Below the pieces are notes generated by a model, which was given only the letters and a program-made list of their open reading frames with translations, was not told the DNA's origin and ran no database searches. The translations under genes were made by a program, and so were the position numbers. A stretch of 64,000 nucleotides of DNA from the human T2T-CHM13v2.0 reference genome, Homo sapiens, in NCBI RefSeq assembly GCF_009914755.1, contig NC_060944.1; one strand, written 5' to 3'. Of this stretch, positions 13,091 through 23,122 are shown piece after piece (position 1 is the first letter of the stretch; the number at the start of each line of letters is the position of its first letter).

Positions 13091-13492
13091 GGGGTTGTTG
13101 TTTTTAAATATCTTCAAGCCAGTTCTCTTTTTCTTTCTTTCTACCTCTCTGCCCTTCAACATTTTTGTAGGCTCTTAAAAAGCTGTATAAGCCCCAGACC
13201 CCAGGGCCTGGCTATAGTGTTTAGGAAAGGCAGTCTCAACACAAGCATTGTATTTCCTTGCAAGGTACTGGCTTGTTAATCAGAGCCTGGCAATGTTTCA
13301 CAGCTCTGCGAGGTCTTCCTGCTCACTGCGGTTCCCCTATCTCACGGCCTACATTTATCCCACGGAGATGGGAGAAGCCAGGAGAGGTTGTGGCTGCACC
13401 TTTGAGGGTTTTATTATGACAGGTGTTAGGTCACTGTAAGGCAAATATGGGCAGTGTAAACAGTTTCGTAGCCGACTGTGTGAGTTTTTACA

Positions 13493-13596
13493 CTTTATTG
13501 AAGTGTGACATATAAAAGGCTGTACATATTTAACTTATACAACTTGATGAGTTTGGAGATAAACATACACCCATGAAACCATCACCACAGTCTAAG
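13493..13596 (-). mobile_element. L1M 3'-end fragment
   Basis: tttattgaagtgtgacatataaaaggctgtacatatttaa...ccatgaaaccatcaccaca. Confidence 0.6.
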
Positions 13597-13816
13597 AGCC
13601 TATTGTGAATTTTGCATCAATCTATTGAAAAATATTTTTTCAGGTGAGGGCTGTTTCGAAAGCCAATGAGAAACACCTGTTGCATACTTGCTTAAAATGT
13701 AAATCGGCTCCCGAAAAAGAACTGACCTGCATTCTTAATCTTTTATTCTTTTTCCCTCCTGACTGTGGTGCAGAGGAGGCAGTATGGGAGGAGACAAAGC
13801 TCAAAGAAGGCACTGA

Positions 13817-14134
<318 letters not shown>

Positions 14135-14698
14135 TGAATCCCAGTGTCAAGATACAGCCTGATCGCCCCTTAATACGGTGCCGCCATTACTCCAGACCCC
14201 TCTGCAAGCATTGGTCATTCATCAGCTTTCACGAGGTGAACTGGGGACGAGGCAGGGGCTTGGACCGGCTTCCTGGCCAGGACTCACTGCCTTCCTCAGC
14301 TGAGAAGACTGCATTTCCAGGTTGAACCCTGACCCCCACTGACTTTGGGCATCTCCATGTGTCCTGTGTTTGCCAGCCTTTCCACTCCCTTGTAAATCTT
14401 TCTGCCTCCAGGACTGGCTGCTAAAACAGGTGCACTGGAGGCCGCTCCCTGTGTTACTTGAAGCATGGCACTTGCCACTGTCTTCGGTGAGGGGGCGTTT
14501 CCCTCTGGTGCTGGGGAGCCAGGGCATCCATTTGGGGCTTCATGTCATCTCTTGGGACTTCACGTACCTCGAATCCAACCTGTGGGCCCCTTCGGTGGGG
14601 CTTTGCTGTGAGAGTACCTTGACTGGTGTGGAAGGCCCAAGCATGGTTCTGCTTAGCACCTGACGGTTGCCTACAAAAGGAAAATCAGTATTAATATT

Positions 14699-15080
14699 TG
14701 TTATGGGCTGAGCTGTCGTCCTCCAGATTCATATGTTGAAGTCCTCACTCCTAGTACCTCAGATTAGGACTGTATTTTGGAGACATGGTCTTTAAACAGT
14801 CAATTCAGATAAAATGAGGTCACTAGGCTGGGCCCTGGTCCAATAGGTCTGGTATCCTAGACCAGGAAATCTGGACACAGACAAGGACAGAGGAAGGGCC
14901 GCATGAAGACACAGGAAGAGGGCGAGGTCCGCACACCACAGAGAAGGCCTTGCAAGGAGCCAGCCCTGCAGACATCCAGATCTCAGACTTGTGCCCTCAG
15001 AACTCTAAGAGAATAAACTTCTGTCGCTCGGTCTCCCGGCCTGTGGTAGTTTGTGACAGCAGCTCAAGGTGACCACTACA
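14699..15080 (+). mobile_element. MLT1A/B-like MaLR solo LTR
   Basis: Starts TGTTATGGGCTGA, internal AATAAA, ends ...gaccactaCA. Confidence 0.8.
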
Positions 15081-15264
15081 GTCTTCCGCAGTGGCCACTT
15101 GCATTTGGGCTGCATGACCTGGTGTCTGCAGGATCCACAGCACCAGCCACCGCGCACCGGGCTCCCAGGGCAGGCAGTGTTGAGCGTCTTGTAGCGGCGC
15201 TGGTGGGGGCAGGATCTCCGGCCTGTGCCACCCTCACAGCCACTGCAGAAACAAACTCAGCCTT

Positions 15265-15344
15265 CCCCAGCGCCACGTGCAGCTCACAGCTCGGGGATTC
15301 GCTGCCCCAGCGCCACGTGCAGCTCACAGCTCGGGGATTCGCTG
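15265..15344. repeat. Perfect 40-bp tandem duplication containing CACGTG
   Basis: CCCCAGCGCCACGTGCAGCTCACAGCTCGGGGATTCGCTG x2. Confidence 0.95.
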
Positions 15345-15586
15345 CAGGCTTCCCTTCACCTGCTAACCTGCAAGGTGCCAGAAAACCAGAAGCAGTAGCG
15401 TCCCTGAGAGAGTTGGGGCGTTTGTGCCCCACGTTTCCTGCCAGCAGTGGCTGCTTTCCTTGGCTTGATCAAGGCGCTGCCTGCAGCTGTCCAGCTTCTT
15501 ACCTGACGTCTCGGCCGCCCAGCTCAGCTCGCAAGAATTCTTGTTCTTCGTGGCACTTCCTTTTCCTAGAGCTTTCATCACCACCA

Positions 15587-15873
15587 TTTTGTTTGTTTGT
15601 TTGTTTTTGAGATGGAGTCTCCCTCTGTCACCCAGGCTGGAGTGCGGTGGTGTGATCTCGTGATCTCAGTGGCGTGATCTCAGCTCACTGCAACCTCCAC
15701 CTCTTGGGTTCAAGTGATGCTTCTGCCTCAGCCTCCTGAGTAGCTGGGATTACAGGCACCACGCCCAACAATTTTTGTAGAGATGGAGGCCAGGCTGGTC
15801 TTGAACTCCTGACCTCAAGGGATCCACCCGCCTTGGCTTCCCAAAGTGTTGGGATTACCCACCAGCACCCAGC
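15587..15873 (-). mobile_element. Alu with internal micro-duplications (gtgatctc x3) and deletions
   Basis: Reverse Alu consensus, (TTTG)n tail. Confidence 0.9.
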
Positions 15874-16209
15874 CTCTCATCACCATCTTGAAGCCAAAGG
15901 ATGAGGGGACACCGAGCCCAGGGGCAAGTGCCATCATGCAGGCTGGCGCCAGCACCTGCCTAGGCCCCCTATGCAGCCCCTGCCCTCGCAGACACACCTG
16001 TCCACACTGTATAGCAAGGCCACCTCCCTCTTCATGAGAAAGATCCTGGGGCAACGAACAACTTTTGGCACAGGAGACCAATCAGGTCATTTGGTTATTG
16101 ACAGGGAGTAGCAGGCTCTTCCCCACTTTCTCATTCTTCTGCACCCCCAGTTTGCCACTTGGACTACACTCCTTTCCCTAGGGGATGAGGGCTCAGCTTT
16201 CAATGTGAG

Positions 16210-16672
16210 CTGTGTTGTTTCCCGAGGTTGCAGTAACAAATGGCCACACGCTTAGTGGCTCAGAACCACAAAAGTGAATCCTCTTATAGTTCTGGAAGCC
16301 TGACATCCAAAATGACTATTAGGGGACTAAAATCAAGGTGGCAGCAAGGCTGGTTCCTTCTGGAGGCCTGAAGGGAGGATCCATTTCTTGCTTCTCCTGG
16401 CCTCTGGTGGCTGCCAGCAACCCTTGGCTTGTGACCGCATCACTCCAGCCTCCTGTTCTGGGCTCACATCTATTCCCGTTCCTTAGTCAAATCTGGAGCC
16501 GTCCTCAGATGGAGACTCTTGTGATTTCAATGGGTCCCTCTGGATGACCCTCGATACTCTCCTCACCTCCAGATCCTTAGTCACATCTGCAGAGTCCCTG
16601 TCACCAAGTAGGGTGCCATGTTACAGGTTCCAGGGATTAGGATGCAGAGGCCAGGATTCGGCCATGCACACA
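16210..16672 (-). mobile_element. MLT1C/D-like MaLR solo LTR
   Basis: gcagtaacaaa...agtggct...agttctggaagcc...tcacatctgcagagtccc antisense MLT1 signature. Confidence 0.75.
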
Positions 16673-16868
16673 GGCCAGTGTCTTTCTGTCTTTGCAGCTG
16701 AAACTGAGGCATGTGCACTCTGCTGCTCCAGGAGCTGTCCACCAATGCTGCTGGGGCGGCCTGTGACAGCATCGACTGAGCCTGTCATTGCCACCTGGAG
16801 AGGGGCTGAACCTTTCCTCTCCCCAGTACCAGTGCCTGCTGGTGCATTTTGGCCTCTGTGCCCAGTAG

Positions 16869-17160
<292 letters not shown>

Positions 17161-17937
17161 GCTCACTGCTCTGCACCTGGCAGATGAAAATGGCAACCTG
17201 GGGCTCCCATGGATTCAAAGGAGCTGGGCTGCAGGCTGGGGGTGTACAGGCCACCTGCACCAAGCTCAGCCCAAAGCTGAGTCCCCGAAGAGCCTTGATA
17301 TAAACACCAACACGACAAACAAAAAGAGGAGGCCCAAGAGCGCGGGGCCTGAAGACTCAAACCAGAGCCCTGCCTGGATGGGGCTGTGCTGTTTCAGATC
17401 GCAGTGGCCGGCCTCACCTGCTCCTCTCTGCACATCCTCATCAGGGTAAACTCACTCTCCCTCCTCTGCAGGGCAGCTGGAGCCACAGCTGGGAGCAGAG
17501 AGCAGGCCTAGGCCAGGCAGTTCTGCATTTGTGCCCTGCACACATCACACATTTGCGAGGGAGGCAGGAGAGGACCTCTCTGAGCATCAGTTTCCTCAGC
17601 TATATAATGGGCATCATCGTAGTCATCTCTTCCTAGGGCTTTTGTGAGATGAACTAAGATAACACACAGAAAGTGCTGGGCTCATCCTCACACTGAGCAG
17701 GAATTCTGCGTTCCAAGCTCCTGCAATTTCCATTTTCTCACTCAGCACACACAGTTGCCAGTCCTCCCTCCCGCTCCCCAGTGAGGCCTGAGGGACCCAA
17801 GTCACCTCTGCCCAGCCTGGCTCCCAGCCTAGTCTCACAAAACTGTGTTCCCTTTCCAGGGGCCCTTTGTGGGCCATGGAACCCTTGGCAGTCAGCTGAT
17901 ACCTAAGGTAATAGTATTAAACACTTAAAATGCTTAC

Positions 17938-18849
17938 CAGCCAGGCACGGTGGCTCACACTTGTAATCCCGGTGCTTTGGGAGGCGGAGGTGGGAGGGTT
18001 GCTTGAGGCTAGGAGTTTGAGACCAGCCTAGACAATAAAGGGAGACCTTGACTCTACAAAAAAAAATTTAAAAAATCAGCTGGGCGCATGCCCGTGGTTC
18101 CAGCTACTCGGGAGGCTGAGACTGCAGGGAGCTATGATCACACCACTGCACTCCAGCCCGGACAACACAGCAAGACCCTGTCTTTATAAAAAATAATAAT
18201 AACAAATAAAATAAAATGCTTAGATTAGCAAAGGAAAACAATCACATTAAAATATAGGCTGGGTGTGTTGGCATGCACCTGAAGTCCCAGCTACTCAGGA
18301 GGCTGAGGCAAGAGGATCAACTGAGCCCAGGAGTTCTGTATCAGCCTGGGCGACATAGAGAGACCCCATCTCTAATTAAAACAAATAAAAACGGCTATGA
18401 AAATATTTAAAAAACAAATATGTGATGTAGCAATGTAGACAAGCAATGTCTTCTTCATCAATGCGTTCAACAACAAGGTCAAGTAGTGGCGCTGATGAGA
18501 CTGTAGTTTTTTTTTTTTTTTGAGACGGAGTCTTGCTCTGTCGCCCAGGCTGGAGTGCAGTGGTGCACATAAATGTGTGTTTGAGGCTGGGTGCAGTGGC
18601 TCAGCCTGTAATCCCAGCAATTTGGGAGGCCAAGTCAGGAAGATTGCCTAATCCCAAGAGTTCGAGACCAGCCTCTACACAAAATATAAAATTATCCCGG
18701 CATCGTAGTACGCACCGGTAATCCCAGTTACTTGGGAGGCTGAGGTAGGAGGATGGCTTGGAGCCCGAGAGGTCGAGGCTGCAATGAGCTATGATCGCTA
18801 CACTCCAGCGACAGGGAGAGACCTTGTCTCAAAAAAAAAAAAAAAAAAA
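17938..18849. mobile_element. Alu cluster: AluJ(+) 17938-18215, FLAM(+) 18257-18372, Alu 3' fragment(-) 18507-18566, diverged Alu(+) 18585-18849
   Basis: Alu consensus segments and A/T tails directly abutting the CpG island. Confidence 0.88.
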
Positions 18850-19363
18850 GTGTGTGTTTGGGTGAATGACTGATTGTCAGGCAGAAGCTGGTGACCCGTG
18901 GAGACATGGGGCCGCCGGAGGGGGGGAGGGATTGGTGATCCAGATACCCAAGGGGGCCCGGGGGCGGGGGGCGAAGGAGTGCGACTGGACCCGCACCTGG
19001 GCAACCGCGTCTCCAGCCTCCACGGCCCTGTCCCGCCCCCTTCCGGGCAGGCAGAGGCCCCGGGGCTGCCCTGCCGCCTGGGCCCGGCCCCCGCGGCAGC
19101 AGCCGAGCGGCCGCACCCCTTTGTGGGGCTGTCGTGCCGGGAGGGGCGCGGGCGAGGCGGGCCCGGGCGGCGCTGGGACTTGTAGGCCGGGAGCCCGGGC
19201 GCCTCCGGGCTGAAGCCCGTGGCCACGCCACCGACGCGGCTCCAGCCTGCCCAGGCAACGCGACGGCTGGGGACAGCCTTGGAAAAACTGAAGGGGAAAC
19301 CGAGGCCTGGTGAAGGGATCCAGCTGGCGCAAAAGCACGCGGCCGCGCAGTGGCCGCCTCCCC

Positions 19364-19380
19364 CGGCCTCTAGGGGGCAA
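19364..19380 (+). promoter_or_regulatory. CTCF-like motif CGGCCTCTAGGGGGCAA in the upstream CpG island
   Basis: Near-consensus core with a common A>T substitution. Confidence 0.45.
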
Positions 19381-20142
19381 GTGAAGGTCACACTTAAATG
19401 AAAGTTTTCAAAGTCGCTTCGAAGGGCCTCCGGCTGGGCCAGAGCTTTCCCCCACCCCACCTTGTTCCATCGTGGATACACTCAACAAACATATCCCAGA
19501 GCCCTCTCCTTGCCAGGCCCTCCAGCTTGGGCAAAACATCCCAGGTCCCTGTTCTCGCAGCGCCCAAATAGCAGGGGAGGGGCTCCAGGCAGGCGAACAC
19601 ACAGGGCCGGGGAGGTGGGAAACTCCGCGAAGGAAGGAGAGGAAACCACGCGGGATGAAGGGCAACGGGGGCCGCAAGCGGGGGCAGGAGCGCCAGGAAC
19701 GAGGAACGAAGGGGGAAGGGAGGAAAGGACGCCCAGGCTTCCGGAAGACTCGGGGGTCCCATCCCCACTGTGCAGAGGGCTAGAGCGGGAGCTGGGGGAG
19801 GGAGAGGTCAGAGGTCAAGGCTGCCGCGTGGAGCGTGGGCCGTGGAGTGGGGGAGGGGGCGGGCAGACTCCTCCCCGCCGGCAGCCAGGGCAGAGGGCTG
19901 GAGGAAACGCGGAGAACTCCTCGGTGCTGGAGGAAACGAGGGGAACTCCTCGCCGGCCTTGCGGTCCCCCACAGCCCACGGAGTGCCACTCCCAGTCCCC
20001 ACAGACCCCACCTGCGTCGCCCTGTGCTGAGAGGAGGCCGCAGGGCTGGGGCCGGGAGTGACCCCAATTAGAGCTGCTGTTTCCCAGCTGCATAGGTCCC
20101 AACCGCGGGGGCTGGAGATGAGGCGGGCTTGAGGCCCCTAGT

Positions 20143-20344
20143 CCCGGCTTCAGAGGTGGAGGGTGTGACCCGCAGGTCCGGGATCCCGGGGTCTGTGCAG
20201 TCACACGGCCCTTCCCTTCGCTCAGGAAAGCCCGGGGCTGAGTTTCATGCTCAACCGCTGCCAACTTGAAATTCCTAGCTTTTGAATAAGGGGCCCCGCG
20301 TTTGCATTTTGCACTGGGCCCCGAAAATTCTGTGGCTGGCCCTG
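20143..20344 (-). mobile_element. MER45A-like hAT-Tip100 DNA transposon inside the RBM38 CpG island
   Basis: cttgaaattcc...aaggggccccgcgtttgcattttgcactgggccccgaaaattctgtggctggccctg resembles the MER45A terminus as I recall it. Confidence 0.65.
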
Positions 20345-21079
20345 CCTGGTGTGAAGCTCACAGAGCCCCACTATGCGCCGCCTTTCTATGGCTGGGGGCC
20401 GGATGAGGGACCCGGGTCTGCTCTTACTCGCCCCAAGGGTCCCTGACACCAGCCCAGAACGGGGTGGAGCTGGAAAGAGCCCACACCTGCTTCCTCTGCC
20501 CACCTCATCTCCCGCGGGGCCTCTGAGACCGCCCGGGACCCGCTTCTATCGCGGCACCGTGGTGTAGCTCCCTCCGGGGTCGTATGCTGTATGTTTACTA
20601 GCCGAATTCTCAGTCCTGGACGCTCCGTGGGGCCAGGGAATATGATCTGTGCTCCGCTGCAGCCTCGCGCCCAGAGTAAATATCGGTCGGATGAACTAAT
20701 CTTACATATAAAACAGAAATCATTTCCCTTTTTTAATATGGCACGTGGCTCTTCCCTAAGTCGCCCTGGGTTAAATACCGACTCAATTAACAAGATGCTA
20801 AAAACCGTTTACGTTTTTTTACGTTTTTTACGTTTAATTCACCAGACGGTGCGCTCCACGAGGGAAGGGGCCTGGCCTCCCTAGTTCAGGGTTGTGCTTA
20901 GTGCCTGCAACCGGCCGGGCCCGCGGGGGCAGCCAGGAGAGAAAGGCGCGCCCAGCGCCCCCAGGCCCGGATCCGCCCTCAGCCCGCGTGCGCTCCCCTC
21001 CCCCCTCCCCCAATCGCCGCGCGCCCGGGTGCGGCTGGGCGGGGTTAGAACTACGCTTCCCGGCGGTCCCCGCGCGCCC

Positions 21080-21170
21080 GGGGCGGGGCGGGGCCGGCTG
21101 GGGGCGGGGCTGAGCTGGCGGGGGCGGAGCCGGCTACAAAGCCCGGGGGCGGTGCCGGGGCGCAGAGTCC
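21080..21170 (+). promoter_or_regulatory. RBM38: RBM38 core promoter: tandem GC boxes, TATA-like TACAAA (21135), probable TSS ~21163
   Basis: At least four GGGGCGG boxes at 21080-21128; TACAAA ~28 bp before a CAGAGT initiator-like sequence. Confidence 0.65.
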
Positions 21171-21297
21171 CCGCAGCGCCGGTCGGGAGCGCAGCGCGGC
21201 GCAGCTCGGCGCGCACGGCGGGAGCGGCGCGCGAGTGGTCGGGCCTGGCGGCTGGACGGGCGCCCCTCGCTGCCCCGCGCGCTCCCCGCCGCCCCCC

Positions 21298-21330
21298 ATG
21301 AGCGCAGCCCCGCGCGGCCCGGGTCCGTAG
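21298..21330 (+). other. Upstream ORF in the RBM38 5' UTR ([10 protein letters not shown]-stop)
   Basis: ATG 21298, TAG 21328-21330, ending 17 nt before the main ATG; read directly from sequence. Confidence 0.7.
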
Positions 21331-21347
21331 GCGGCGGGGCGCCCCCC

Positions 21348-21584
21348 ATGCTGCTGCAGCCCGCGCCGTGCGCCCCGAGCGCGGGCTTCCCGCGGCCCCT
21401 GGCCGCCCCCGGCGCCATGCACGGCTCGCAGAAGGACACCACGTTCACCAAGATCTTCGTGGGCGGCCTGCCGTACCACACTACCGACGCCTCGCTCAGG
21501 AAGTACTTCGAGGGCTTCGGCGACATCGAGGAGGCCGTGGTCATCACCGACCGCCAGACGGGCAAGTCCCGCGGCTACGGCTTC
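21348..21584 (+). CDS. RBM38: RBM38 (RNPC1) exon 1 coding part, aa 1-79, N-terminal half of the RRM
   Basis: [10 protein letters not shown]...KIFVGGL (RNP2)...KSRGYGF (RNP1); TTC|GTAAGT donor; lies in a CpG island. Confidence 0.97.
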
Positions 21585-21752
21585 GTAAGTGGCCCCCGCG
21601 CCCGGGCCCGCACCCCGCCGCACACCTTATCGCGGCCCGGGCGCCGAGTCCACTCCGGGGCACACGCCCAGACGGCCCGCTGCCGCCCCCGCCCCAGGCG
21701 CCTCCAGCCGGCGCCCGCACCTGCCGCCTCTCCCGGGCGCGCTCCTGCCGGT

Positions 21753-21835
21753 CCCGCCCCCACCACCCCAGGCCCCGGCCCCCGCCCCCACCACCCCAGG
21801 CCCCGGCCCCCACCCCCACCCCCACCCCCACCCCC
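21753..21835. repeat. C-rich tandem repeat (28-bp unit x2, then (CCCCCA)n) in RBM38 intron 1
   Basis: More than ten runs of >=4 C; G-quadruplex potential on the - strand. Confidence 0.85.
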
Positions 21836-22441
21836 GGTTTAAAAGGAAGAGCCGCTGTGTTCAATTAGGACTCCTAAGTTGGTGGGGAGGTTTTGGAGCC
21901 AGAGGGCACTCGGGATTTCCTGGAGCAGCGGGGGGTGAGGAGCAATGGCTCCACCCCGGGGTGTTAGGAGCTCTTCGGCCTCCCCCATATTTTTAACAGC
22001 CCTCTCAGCCGCCCCAAATAAACATCAGCTTAAGTAAAAACGTCTTGAAGACACTTTCCTGCTTACCTTCCAAGCATAGCGTCGCAAACTCCTTCTCAGA
22101 GGAAAGTCTCGGCCCTCACTGGTGGGCAAGTCCAGGCGGCCCCCCAAGCTCCCTTCGGGGTTCATTTTTGCCCTATCCCCGCAGGGGATTATTTTTGTCC
22201 TTGAAGGCCACATTTCCCAGGCCTTGAACTTTGACGGGAGGAGCTGGAATCCAGGAGGCATCTTTGTGGGAGAGCCCCAGGTAGGGTTCAGAGGAGCTTT
22301 GGCTCAAGGACCCTGGGTCACAGGCACCCTCAGAGGAAGGGAAGAGAGGGGTGGCAGCATCCGGTGCCAGGGCGGAGCCGTCTGCCCCTTTCGCCCCTGG
22401 TTCCCCCCACGGCAGCCCCTGATGTGTCTCTGCTCCACCAG

Positions 22442-22565
22442 GTGACCATGGCCGACCGGGCGGCAGCTGAGAGGGCTTGCAAAGACCCGAACCCCATCAT
22501 CGACGGCCGCAAGGCCAACGTGAACCTGGCATATCTGGGCGCCAAGCCGCGGAGCCTCCAGACGG
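22442..22565 (+). CDS. RBM38: RBM38 exon 2 ([41 protein letters not shown]), 124 nt
   Basis: ccaccag acceptor, G|GTGAGA donor; C-terminal half of the RBM24/RBM38/SUP-12 RRM. Confidence 0.97.
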
Positions 22566-23067
22566 GTGAGAGCTTGTGTTTTCCTGCCTGGCTCTTCTCG
22601 GTTTCTATATTGGGTGTCGGTATCTGTCGGGTGGAAAGAGGCCCCCCCCTCCTCGCCCCAGCAGTGGCAGTCGGCTATCATGTGCCTGCAGAGCCGGCAC
22701 AGGGCAGCCATCCCCCCCTCGAGGATCTAGACCCCTTCTCACAGCGTGTGGCCCAAAGAAGGGGGCGGGGGGCAGGGAGGGTACTGCACCCCAGTTGCCA
22801 GCTGTCCTCGCAGGAGGGAGGAAGTGGCCATGGGGCCTGGAGGTTAGGAGTGCCGACACCAGTGGCTGCTGACACCTGCGTCACTCACTGCCACACTTCA
22901 GCGGTGTGCCTTGGGGTTCACAAGGGGGAGGCCTGGGAGGGGAGAGGAAGCGGATGATCCCTTTTGACTAGAGGTGTGTGGCTTGTGGGATTCTGCCACC
23001 CTGTGTGCAGCCCTTGAGACGTGGCTCGTGCAGCAAGGCCAAGTCCCTGATTGTTCTCTCGTTTTAG

Positions 23068-23122
23068 GCTTTGCCATTGGGGTGCAGCAGCTGCACCCCA
23101 CCTTGATCCAGCGGACTTACGG
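23068..23122 (+). CDS. RBM38: RBM38 exon 3 (GFAIGVQQLHPTLIQRTYG), 55-nt cassette exon
   Basis: gttttag acceptor, GG|GTGAGT donor; phases fit exons 2 and 4; skipping gives a 121-aa product, matching the known RNPC1b length. Confidence 0.95.

Larger units (their letters stand above)
18900..22560. promoter_or_regulatory. RBM38: CpG island spanning the RBM38 promoter, exon 1 and exon 2
   Basis: Very high GC and CpG density by inspection, densest at 18900-19380 and 20900-21830. Confidence 0.9.

Noticed and set aside
18728-21996. Many long overlapping Pro/Arg/Gly/Ala-rich ORFs on both strands
   Set aside because: Expected from stop-codon scarcity in a CpG island; only 21348-21584 shows domain homology and splice signals
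22436-22447. RBM38 exon 2 also begins with GT (CAG|GTGACC), a possible recursive site
   Set aside because: The reconstituted junction TTC|GTGACC is a poor donor match
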